Shown in pieces: positions 26,114 to 33,842 of a stretch of DNA of 50,827 nucleotides. How positions within the stretch are numbered: position 1 is the stretch's first letter; every line of letters begins with the position of its first letter. Both the position numbers and the translations under genes were made by a program. Origin of the DNA: a virus (Duplodnaviria > Caudoviricetes); the IMG/VR virus record IMGVR_UViG_3300038429_000331, positions 1-50,827 of that record; one strand, 5' to 3'. The notes under the pieces are model-generated. The model did not search any database. It was not told the origin of the DNA and saw only the letters and a list, made by a program, of their open reading frames with translations.

Positions 26114-27546
26114 CGGATCTCTCCTTCTCCGGGATTTGGCAAGTTGAATATCGCCCGCGACCCGGGCAGGCTGAACACCTGCACCGCCTTGAGAGTCGGC
26201 TTCTTCTTTTGCGCAGCGCGCCCCATGAGCGTCGTCTGGTAGATATCGGCGAAGTCCGGATCCCACGCGACGATCTTCCAGATGACGTACTCGAGGCCGT
26301 CGCAATAGTGGCTCGGGTCGTTCTCGCCCTGGCGCTTCACAGGCTCGCCCGCCTCGTTGTATTGCCGCACCTTCAGCGCCATCGCGAGCTCGCTGAGCTC
26401 GGGAAAGAGGTGCAGCAGCCCCATCTCGAAGAGCTTGTTGATGACGAAAATCCGGTCGACGACGTGCGGGTTGACTTTGCTCGTGCGGAGCTGGATGCGC
26501 GCCTCGGCGATCTCTTGCTTGTAGCCGGCGAGGATCTCGTTGCCCGTGGCGTCTGGGTACCATTCGATCTCGCTCGCGGGGAAGTCGTTGCGCATGAGTT
26601 TCGGCCCGTGGCCGATCTGACCGAAGCTCCACGTCTTCACGACGAACAGCGTCGGCCTCAGTTCTCCATCCGACCCGGGCCAGGAGCGCTTGATGATCGC
26701 ACTCCCGCGCGAGTACCCAGCGTTGAGGTCCTGGCCGACGCGCACAAGATCCGACGGTTGCGGCTCGAACGGCCGCTCCTTGAACCGGTTCTTGCTCTCG
26801 TCATAGCCGTAGTAGACGCGCCCGGTCGTGAGGTTGACGAATCTTCCTTCGAGGAATGCGAGCCGTTCATTGGGCGTGTACAGACGATTCCAGCGCTCGA
26901 AGACCACGCGCGAAAGAATGCCGGCGCGCACGGCAGTGATCGACTCTCCGCGAATGATCATATGGGGCTCTCTCTTTTCCTTCAGGTCGGTCACGATCTG
27001 AAAGAGGCCCTTATATCCCTGGGCCGTTGAGGAGAAAAAGAAGAATGGTTGTCTCCCATCAGGGAAAACCCGACGCGTGCGCTCGTGGATCGCCTTGAAA
27101 GAATCGATACACTTCTCGAATGGCAACTCATCGGGTTCGTCCCAGATGAAGGCATGGTAGTTGTAGCCGTAGATCAGGTCCGGCTCGTCGGTTGCGATGC
27201 ACATGAACTTCATCTTGTCGACCGTGATGATGCCGGTGCGAATATTCCAGTCGTACGGAATCCCGAAGCTGTTGAAGAGCAGGAATAGATCATTCAGCAG
27301 GGTCTTTTCCAGGAAGATGCGGGTCGGGCCACCAATACCGATGACAACCTCTTCCGCGTGGTAGCGGCGGACCAGGTTGATCGCGCAACCGCAGTCGAGG
27401 TAGGTTTTCCCCGAACTATAGCCCGCGACAAGCAGGAAGTAGTCAATCCCTGTCAGCTGCTTGTTCCACGGCGCGTTGATCATCTGCGCCTGATGGCGGA
27501 TGAGCGTCAGGTTAGGCTGTGGGCGTGTTGCTACTTCAGCTGCCAT
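26110..27546 (-). CDS. terL: Terminase large subunit
   Basis: Walker A-like AGYSSGKT, Walker B FIWDEPDE, motif III SSTAQG, and nuclease motifs VGQDLNAG and PSHYCDGLEY. Confidence 0.92.
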   Translation of the reverse strand: MAAEVATRPQPNLTLIRHQAQMINAPWNKQLTGIDYFLLVAGYSSGKTYLDCGCAINLVRRYHAEEVVIGIGGPTRIFLEKTLLNDLFLLFNSFGIPYDWNIRTGIITVDKMKFMCIATDEPDLIYGYNYHAFIWDEPDELPFEKCIDSFKAIHERTRRVFPDGRQPFFFFSSTAQGYKGLFQIVTDLKEKREPHMIIRGESITAVRAGILSRVVFERWNRLYTPNERLAFLEGRFVNLTTGRVYYGYDESKNRFKERPFEPQPSDLVRVGQDLNAGYSRGSAIIKRSWPGSDGELRPTLFVVKTWSFGQIGHGPKLMRNDFPASEIEWYPDATGNEILAGYKQEIAEARIQLRTSKVNPHVVDRIFVINKLFEMGLLHLFPELSELAMALKVRQYNEAGEPVKRQGENDPSHYCDGLEYVIWKIVAWDPDFADIYQTTLMGRAAQKKKPTLKAVQVFSLPGSRAIFNLPNPGEGEIR

Positions 27547-27547
27547 C

Positions 27548-28084
27548 TCAGTCTCCGCTCCCGCCATGGAAGTCTGCGATGATCTTCTCTGAATCACCGC
27601 GGTTGATCGTCACGTTGTCAGCCCCGAGCAGGTCCGGCTGCTCGACCTCCGGCGCCAGCCCAATATTGAGGTCCACTGCCGGCATGATCTTCACCGTCTG
27701 CGCGGGTGCTCCCACACCCCATTCCATTATCGCTCGCCCCGCGGCCACGTTGCCCTTCATGAATAAGTTCCAGAATTGAGAGAACGCCGCGATTATCACC
27801 GGTGTCGGCTCTATTCCCTTTTTTCGAGATTCGATCGTCAGCGCCAGGACCTCGCTGAACGTCTTGTGAACCTCAACGACGCCGTTATGTCCGAGATTTT
27901 TGTTCAAAGGATTGCCGCTCTGCCCGGGTTTCCACGGCGGTCGAAGGTTCGCAAGACTTTTCGGTGACGGCTTCTTCGGGCCGTGGCCGAGCTTGGGCTT
28001 CCTGAACACGGACCGTCCCTTGTCTCGCCTCGGCTTTGAGTTGTGGCCGCCCTTTTTTCTCCCGGGCTTACCAGGACCTGCCAA
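27548..28084 (-). CDS. terS: Terminase small subunit
   Basis: SLANLRPPWKPGQSGNP motif; directly upstream of TerL. Confidence 0.8.
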   Translation of the reverse strand: MAGPGKPGRKKGGHNSKPRRDKGRSVFRKPKLGHGPKKPSPKSLANLRPPWKPGQSGNPLNKNLGHNGVVEVHKTFSEVLALTIESRKKGIEPTPVIIAAFSQFWNLFMKGNVAAGRAIMEWGVGAPAQTVKIMPAVDLNIGLAPEVEQPDLLGADNVTINRGDSEKIIADFHGGSGD

Positions 28085-28138
28085 TATCCCCTCCCGGTGT
28101 CGGATTAAGACGGTGAGCCGTCCCAGATTGCAAGAGCA

Positions 28139-28513
28139 TCACGCGCTCGCCCCGATGTGCGGAAACTTCTCCAGGACGTCGCGCGCATTGAAATGGCCAT
28201 GGTTTTCCGAATTCTTTAAGGCCTTGATCGTTTCGCTTTTCGTTTTTGGTCCTATCCAAAGTTTCAATTTCCTTATGTATTGGAAAAGTGCGTGCGCCAT
28301 TGCATGATGATTTGGACAAAGAAGAATTATGTTATCCTCTTCAAGACTCCCACCCGCATGAACTGGAACAATGTGATGTGCGCAAATAGGGTTTTTCTTG
28401 AATATCTTTTCGGAAGGATTCCAACCGCATACCTCGCATTTGCGAGGCCTTGATCGTTTAACTTGATTGACAATATTATTTCTGGTATTAGAATTGTGCG
28501 GCCTCATATTCAT
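28139..28513 (-). CDS. HNH endonuclease (AT-rich)
   Basis: CEVCG...AHHIVPVHAGG...NIILLCPNHH. Confidence 0.9.
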   Translation of the reverse strand: MNMRPHNSNTRNNIVNQVKRSRPRKCEVCGWNPSEKIFKKNPICAHHIVPVHAGGSLEEDNIILLCPNHHAMAHALFQYIRKLKLWIGPKTKSETIKALKNSENHGHFNARDVLEKFPHIGASA

Positions 28514-28544
28514 GTCTTTCTCCTTTTTGCAGGCGTGTGCAAAC

Positions 28545-28760
28545 TCAATGGTCCTTTCGCCCCGGCGGCTTACGACGTAGCGATTTGATTCCTGCCCAAT
28601 CCATAAGCACTTTCATCCTCTTCGGATCATCCTCAAAGACTTTGGAAAATCGCAGCACTTTATCGATGATAGCGCGTCGTTTCTTCGGACTCATTTTGGT
28701 CCAGATCGTATTAAAGGCCTTGGCAATAGAGATGTTCTTGTTCTGTCGCCCCATCTTCAC
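28545..28760 (-). CDS. Hypothetical basic protein (AT-rich)
   Basis: 71 aa; GTGA-coupled to the VRR-NUC gene. Confidence 0.55.
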   Translation of the reverse strand: MKMGRQNKNISIAKAFNTIWTKMSPKKRRAIIDKVLRFSKVFEDDPKRMKVLMDWAGIKSLRRKPPGRKDH

Positions 28761-29083
28761 ACCCCCGCGGCGATCACGTCATCGACGGACCGCGCCACGA
28801 TCACCACGACCAGGCGCCGGTGGAGCTCGCGCATGAAGTCCTCCTGCACCTGGCTCACGATCCCGTCGGCGCCTTTCACCTCGATGGCGATCATCCTGCC
28901 GTCGTGGCGCGCCCCGATTATGTCCGGCATACCCGGGACGACCGGCTTGTTCCTGGGCCCGTGCGTCGGCCAGGCGAAGATTCCCCGCAGCTTGAGGTAG
29001 CGCAGGATGTCGCGCTCGATTTGCGCCTCGTCCTGGGCGACCAGATCCCGCGGCTTCCAGTGAACGGGGAATGAGCGCCTCAC
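28757..29083 (-). CDS. VRR-NUC domain nuclease (Holliday junction resolvase-like)
   Basis: EAQIERDI, PGMPDIIG, IAIEVKG.DG.VS..Q..F. Confidence 0.9.
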   Translation of the reverse strand: MRRSFPVHWKPRDLVAQDEAQIERDILRYLKLRGIFAWPTHGPRNKPVVPGMPDIIGARHDGRMIAIEVKGADGIVSQVQEDFMRELHRRLVVVIVARSVDDVIAAGV

Positions 29084-29229
29084 GCCGTTCCCCTGGTGCG
29101 CGCCGGCGGTTGGTATGACACCGGCGCGCGGCGATCTGTAGGGCGGTGATTCGCTACACCTTCATCCGCGTCGCTCCTTTTCCTGGACCTTTCGGGCACG
29201 CCAACGGCGGCCATTTGCTTGCAATTCAT
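29080..29229 (-). CDS. Hypothetical protein
   Basis: ATG 29229 overlaps the PolX stop; fills the gap. Confidence 0.4.
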   Translation of the reverse strand: MNCKQMAAVGVPERSRKRSDADEGVANHRPTDRRAPVSYQPPARTRGTA

Positions 29230-29795
29230 CCGCGCTGCTCCGGAGCGAAATACGGCAGGCCGACGAAATCGAACACATCTCGCTCGCACTCGACGAGCGA
29301 TTCCTGGCCATTGTCCAGCGCCGTGAATCCCGAGCCGTATGGATGCCACTTCCAGCCGATGCGCTTCGCCTCGCCGGCGATCCGTGCGTTCAGCTCTGCT
29401 GGCCCGGTGCGGCAGACGAGATAGTTGAACCAGTTCTCAGGAGTGGCCGCGAACAGGTCCACGGGGATCCCGCTGGCAACGTGGCGCATGAGCTTATTGA
29501 GCGGGCCGAAGGTTTCCGCGCCTTTCGAATTGAGGCGGCGGGAGAGAATGCCAATGGTCTCCATTTCCAGGATGCGCCTGTCGGCGAGATTGACATCCTC
29601 GGCGAACATCAGGCCGAAGGTGGTATCCATGTCGATCCGCGGGATGTAGACGATCTCGATGTCCCCGACGTCCGCCTTCTTGCGCCGGAGCGAACCCGCG
29701 ATCTCGATGCGCTCACAACACGGCTGCAGAGCATAGACGATTTCCTCGGCGACCTGGCGAGCCACGACATGGGGGTAGCGTTTTTCGCCGCTCAT
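29226..29795 (-). CDS. Minimal family X DNA polymerase / Pol-beta nucleotidyltransferase
   Basis: ATG 29795. Motifs IAGSLRRKKADVGDIEIV, IPVDLF, RTGPAELN and ERDVFDFVGLPY. Confidence 0.85.
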   Translation of the reverse strand: MSGEKRYPHVVARQVAEEIVYALQPCCERIEIAGSLRRKKADVGDIEIVYIPRIDMDTTFGLMFAEDVNLADRRILEMETIGILSRRLNSKGAETFGPLNKLMRHVASGIPVDLFAATPENWFNYLVCRTGPAELNARIAGEAKRIGWKWHPYGSGFTALDNGQESLVECERDVFDFVGLPYFAPEQRG

Positions 29796-30025
29796 CCGAT
29801 GCGCTCCTGCTCGCGGTGGAAGATCTTGCTCAGCCGCGACGACTGCTTGAGCGAGAGGTCTATGTCGGCATCTACCAGCGTCTTGATGCTGTCGAGGAAG
29901 CCGGCTTCCCACTCGTTCAGGTAGCGGCCGTGTTCCCAGAGGAACGCGACGTGATGCTTCCAGCGCCGGCGCGTCTCGTCGGACACGAGCTCGGCGGCGG
30001 GGAAGAGCGTGGGCTGCTGACTCAC
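29792..30025 (-). CDS. Hypothetical protein
   Basis: 77 aa (LNEWEAGFLDSI...LSLKQ); coupled to neighbours. Confidence 0.65.
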   Translation of the reverse strand: MSQQPTLFPAAELVSDETRRRWKHHVAFLWEHGRYLNEWEAGFLDSIKTLVDADIDLSLKQSSRLSKIFHREQERIG

Positions 30026-31185
30026 GACGGAACCTCCGGGAAATCGTCCACGAACTCTTCAGCGGCAGCCGCGGGCGATTCAGCCGGCGCCGGCAAGCCG
30101 AGCAGCTTTCGCTCGTCGTCATCCAGCTTCATGCCGTGCTCGTGCTTGAACTTTGCAGCCTTCAGCGCCGCAGCTGCGACTTCCTCCGGTGTGGCAGCGT
30201 CCCGTTCCGCGCGCATCTCCTCGGTCGTCGGCGTGTGGTAGCCGTTGTCGGTCGCGGGCTTTGAAGGCGCGCCGTTCTCCCGCCACTTCGCGATCCAGTT
30301 CCATTCAAGGATCCCCTTCACGAACCAGGTCGACGGCTGCTTCCCCTTGCGCGCCTTCCCAATCGCGTAGGCGACAAATGCTTCGTCGGCAGAGCTGGCG
30401 ATCATCTTCGAGGCGCAGGCTTCGAAGTCAGTCAAAGTGAGGTGGAGTCCGGCGGCGGCGAGTTCGGTTTTAAGGCGGTCAGAGAAAGGAGCGGCGGCGG
30501 GAGGCTCTCCGGCCGGTACCGGGATCGGTTGGCTTTTTTGTGCGCCAGAGTTTTCCGGTTCCGGCCCGCCTCCTCTACCTTCTCTACCTCCTCTTCCTAG
30601 TTGCCCGGAAAACCCCTTTTTCCGGCCGGAATCCGGTTGGATAATATGGTTTTCCAGTTGGATTCCAGCCGGAATACTGCCTTTTCCAGATGGATTCCCA
30701 CCGGAAAAAGGGGTTTTCCGGTCTGCATCTGTGGAGTCACCACCGGAAAACTCGGTTCCAGGCTGCTTATCCGGCTGGATTCCATCTGGAATAGGCCCAC
30801 CACTGGATTTCCTGCTGCGATCATGTTCCCTAGCCTTGCGCACCGAGTCGAGTTCTTCCTGGCATCGATCAGTCCAGATGATCCCGTTGTCGTTGTTGAG
30901 GAGGTCACAGATTTCGCGGTTAGAGAGGAAGGCAACAAACTCCCGGAGATCCTGAATCGAAAGGTCCAGTTTTTTGGCGACGTCGGCCTCGATGCCGGCT
31001 TTCGTGAGATCCAGCCGGCAAGCCGCAGCTTCTCCGATCATGCAGTTCAGCGCCCAGAACTTTGCCTCCATGGCCCAGCCCTTTTCCCCTCCGTAGTGCG
31101 CATGCAACGCCGAGAATTTCCAGTTTCTGGGAGCGTTCACGTCGTGCGAAAAGAAGAGGATGCTGTCCTTCAGAGGTCTTCCCAT
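30022..31185 (-). CDS. Replication initiator (Lin1244/Lin1753, DUF4373-like N-terminus)
   Basis: MGRPLKDSILFFSHDVNA...KF.AL...YG; low-complexity linker carrying repeats; GGAG RBS before ATG 31185. Confidence 0.75.
   Translation of the reverse strand: MGRPLKDSILFFSHDVNAPRNWKFSALHAHYGGEKGWAMEAKFWALNCMIGEAAACRLDLTKAGIEADVAKKLDLSIQDLREFVAFLSNREICDLLNNDNGIIWTDRCQEELDSVRKAREHDRSRKSSGGPIPDGIQPDKQPGTEFSGGDSTDADRKTPFSGGNPSGKGSIPAGIQLENHIIQPDSGRKKGFSGQLGRGGREGRGGGPEPENSGAQKSQPIPVPAGEPPAAAPFSDRLKTELAAAGLHLTLTDFEACASKMIASSADEAFVAYAIGKARKGKQPSTWFVKGILEWNWIAKWRENGAPSKPATDNGYHTPTTEEMRAERDAATPEEVAAAALKAAKFKHEHGMKLDDDERKLLGLPAPAESPAAAAEEFVDDFPEVPS
30604..30791. repeat. Imperfect palindromic repeats inside the initiator gene; candidate origin iterons
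   Basis: Four ~23-bp copies: TTCCGGCCGGAATCCGGTTGGAT, TTCCAGTTGGATTCCAGCCGGAA, TTCCAGATGGATTCCCACCGGAA and ATCCGGCTGGATTCCATCTGGAA, plus extra CCGGAAAA copies. Confidence 0.6.
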
Positions 31186-31186
31186 T

Positions 31187-31354
31187 TCAGTCTCCATTAC
31201 ACTCGTCTATGTCGGGACGGGTCACACTCTGCATGCGCCCGCACGCGGGGCACTGCACGATCTCGCGGCATCCCTCCGGCGTGCGCTCGGTCTTGATTAC
31301 GTGCGCACGCTGGAGCTCCCAGGTGATGCCGCATTTCGGATTCCCGCAGGTCAC
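31187..31354 (-). CDS. Zinc-ribbon microprotein (55 aa, not in ORF track)
   Basis: MTCGNPKC...VQCPACG; GTGA-coupled. Confidence 0.65.
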   Translation of the reverse strand: MTCGNPKCGITWELQRAHVIKTERTPEGCREIVQCPACGRMQSVTRPDIDECNGD

Positions 31355-31497
31355 TTCTTCACCCGTGGCAGGATCTCTTGCGCGATCTTCTCAGCTGCAG
31401 CGTCGATCGCGTCCGCCAGATAATCAGGATCCTCGAGCTTGCGCCGCAGCTCAGCCAGTCTGGCAGGGTGGAGCAGCTGCTCTTTGCTGCGCTTCAT
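31351..31497 (-). CDS. FlgM C-terminal-like microprotein (48 aa, not in ORF track)
   Basis: MKRSKEQLLHPARLAELRRKLEDPDYLADAIDAAAEKIAQEILPRVKK; ATGA and GTGA overlaps with both neighbours. Confidence 0.6.
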   Translation of the reverse strand: MKRSKEQLLHPARLAELRRKLEDPDYLADAIDAAAEKIAQEILPRVKK

Positions 31498-32192
31498 GCG
31501 CCGTCCTTCGCCAGGGCGCGCAGTGCGCGGATGACTCTGCCCTTCACGTGACTGGAGGCGCAGACTACGATGACGTTCGGTCCGTTCGCGTCGATGATTT
31601 CGAACCCCTTCGTGGGTGTCCGGTCTCCTCGGTGGAACGTGCTGGTGCGGCCGTTAACCTTGCGCTTCTTCCCGTGCAGCTCGATCTTCGATTTCAACTC
31701 GCGCAGCTCGTCCCCTGTCATTGCGCGCAGGTGATCCTTCTTCAGGCCCTGCCCGGCCAGCCACTGGAAAGTGCGGAGCATCGAGCGGTGATAGGACAGG
31801 TACCCCGGCTTCCTGCCAAGCAGCCGGTCTATCTGCTGATCGTTGAGCTCGGGCCGGCGTTTCTTGATCTCGTCCGCAGCGGCCACGATTTCATCGTCCG
31901 TGAGCTGCTTGCGAACGATGTTCTCCTGCAGCTTGAGCAGTGGGATGTCCGACTCGCTGATGTTCTCCAGGATGTGTGCGGCGATCGTGGCCTCGTTGTT
32001 CATCTGGGCAACGCGGTAGCGTCGGTGTCCCCAGACCAGTTCGAAGCGCTCCCCGCGCGGGTACACGCCGATCGGCTGCAGCTGACCGTGCTTCGAGGTG
32101 CTCTCGATGAGCTCGCCCAGCTCGTCGTCGGTGTCGAAGCGCACGTTCTTGGTGATGAAGATCTTGTCCAGGAAGATCTCGCGGACCTTCAC
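31494..32192 (-). CDS. ParB/Srx-like N-terminal domain protein
   Basis: ELIES..KHGQLQPIGV, LVWGHRRYR, LQENIVRKQL. Confidence 0.85.
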   Translation of the reverse strand: MKVREIFLDKIFITKNVRFDTDDELGELIESTSKHGQLQPIGVYPRGERFELVWGHRRYRVAQMNNEATIAAHILENISESDIPLLKLQENIVRKQLTDDEIVAAADEIKKRRPELNDQQIDRLLGRKPGYLSYHRSMLRTFQWLAGQGLKKDHLRAMTGDELRELKSKIELHGKKRKVNGRTSTFHRGDRTPTKGFEIIDANGPNVIVVCASSHVKGRVIRALRALAKDGA

Positions 32193-32524
32193 CTGGCGTC
32201 TCCCTGCGGCTGTCGCTGGTGCTCATTCACCAGGTGGACACCGGGGTTCAGACGATTGCGGCGAAGGAAGGGCTTGACAGGAACGTCGTCCACCGCGGCG
32301 CGCCGGCGGATCTCGCTGAGGCTGCCGTAGTAGACCTCGTTCACCTGCAGCATCCGGACCAGGTCCTGTCTGACCCCGAGCTCGCGCAGTCGCTTCAGCT
32401 TCCGGCGCATTCCCATGATCGCAGCTTTCGTCCGGTGCAGTCGCCAGACCAGGTATGCCGCGGTGTTGTGAGGGTTGTAGATGAGAAACTCTGCGATCTC
32501 CTGCTTCGACCATGCGCGCTTCAC
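32189..32524 (-). CDS. Hypothetical protein (Myb/SANT-like start)
   Basis: GTG 32524 (MKRAWSKQEIAEFL...LHRTKAAI) with GGGAGG RBS. Confidence 0.55.
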   Translation of the reverse strand: MKRAWSKQEIAEFLIYNPHNTAAYLVWRLHRTKAAIMGMRRKLKRLRELGVRQDLVRMLQVNEVYYGSLSEIRRRAAVDDVPVKPFLRRNRLNPGVHLVNEHQRQPQGDAR

Positions 32525-33075
32525 GCCCCGCCTCCCATGATCGCGCGCACATACTGCACGCTCTCCGGTTGCCAGTCCCCGAACTTGCTTGGATTGAGCC
32601 AGTGCCCGAGACCTCCGTCGTACGCCATGAGCGCCACGCGCCAGGATCCGGTGCGCTCGTGCAGGTCGGCTAGATAGTGCAGGCCGATGCGAATTGCCGT
32701 CTCCGGGTCGAACGGGTCGAAAAGCTTTCCGCCGTTGTAGAGGATCGCGAACAGGCCAAGATTCACCGGCATGATCTGCGCCAACCCCTGCGCCCCGGCC
32801 CAGGAGACCGCATGCGGATTCCACACCCCCGATGTGGGCTGACCGACGCTCTCCTGGCCGAACAGGCGGCAGGCGATCCACACCGGTACGCCGGTCTGGT
32901 AGCAGTAGTGCAGGACGAAGGCAGCGAAGCGCATGTCCAGCGCGTACGGCCTCTCGGCAGGCGCGTCCTCATGGAGCGCCGCTGGCGCGACAAATGCGTC
33001 AACTGGTGGCAGGCAGAAACTCGAAAGAGAAATCGCGACGGCGAGAAAGAGCATCAGCACGCCGGCCGTCTTCAA
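32521..33075 (-). CDS. Soluble lytic transglycosylase (SLT) with N-terminal signal/anchor
   Basis: QES, AVSWAGAQGLAQIMP, YLADL, ALMAYDGG, ESVQYV. Confidence 0.88.
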   Translation of the reverse strand: MKTAGVLMLFLAVAISLSSFCLPPVDAFVAPAALHEDAPAERPYALDMRFAAFVLHYCYQTGVPVWIACRLFGQESVGQPTSGVWNPHAVSWAGAQGLAQIMPVNLGLFAILYNGGKLFDPFDPETAIRIGLHYLADLHERTGSWRVALMAYDGGLGHWLNPSKFGDWQPESVQYVRAIMGGGA

Positions 33076-33191
33076 TCGCGGTATCCGATTTCGGACATGT
33101 CGCCAGCCGCATGATCAATCTTGCGCCGGCGACAGAGAAGCCAGCTGGCCGCTGCAAAGACAACGATCGCAAGAAGAACTGCCCATACCAT
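33072..33191 (-). CDS. Small membrane protein (39 aa, not in ORF track)
   Basis: MVWAVLLAIVVFAAASWLLCRRRK...; GGGGAGG RBS; stop overlaps the SLT start. Confidence 0.6.
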   Translation of the reverse strand: MVWAVLLAIVVFAAASWLLCRRRKIDHAAGDMSEIGYRD

Positions 33192-33298
33192 TGTCCCCTC
33201 CCCTTCAAAGAGTCACGGCATCACCAACAGGCACTCTGGCCATCCCGCCCTCCACGATGCTCTGCATTCCGTGGCATCCCACCGTGCCGTGACTCCTT

Positions 33299-33326
33299 CA
33301 AGAAATCGGGAGAAGGCGCTCCCGAT
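33299..33326 (-). terminator. Intrinsic terminator-like hairpin in the early operon
   Basis: ATCGGGAG/CTCCCGAT 8-bp stem followed on the minus strand by TTCTT. Confidence 0.5.
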
Positions 33327-33389
33327 CGCTGCGTGCCGCCGAAACTGCGCTCCGCCCTTCTCGTGCCGGCTTATCCCCCGGCGGGGATC

Positions 33390-33842
33390 TCAGCTCAAAC
33401 GCAGGGTCGACATCGGCTCGAGCTTCAGCTCCAGCTGAGCCCGTTCGCCGCCGTCGACGTAGCTCAGCGCCAGGCGCTCGAGCTCTACCAGGTCCAGCGT
33501 GCATTGCGCGCCGAAGCTGGTCGTGTGCGGGCTGTTGATGCAAAGTGGTGCATCCTGGTGCTCGAGCTCGCGCAGGCCGGTAATTACGAGGCCCGTTCCG
33601 TCATCACCGATCGTGCGTGTGATGCCGATGATCGTGAGCTCGTCGATCCAGTCCGCCGGGAGCTCCGCGATCGCAACCAGGTGCTTCGCCATGCGGCCGA
33701 ATTGATTGATCAGCGCGGCGGATGGTTTCTCGGTGCTCTCCAGGGTGATGACGTCGAGCCCTCCGTCCTTGCGCTTGACGTCGTACTTCACGAGGACCTC
33801 AACTCGGTCCCGATCGCATTTGAACTTCAGCAGGCGTCTCAT
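33390..33842 (-). CDS. Hypothetical protein
   Basis: ATG 33842 (MRRLLKFK) with GGAGG RBS; contains LCINSPH and LSYVDGGERAQLEL. Confidence 0.7.
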   Translation of the reverse strand: MRRLLKFKCDRDRVEVLVKYDVKRKDGGLDVITLESTEKPSAALINQFGRMAKHLVAIAELPADWIDELTIIGITRTIGDDGTGLVITGLRELEHQDAPLCINSPHTTSFGAQCTLDLVELERLALSYVDGGERAQLELKLEPMSTLRLS

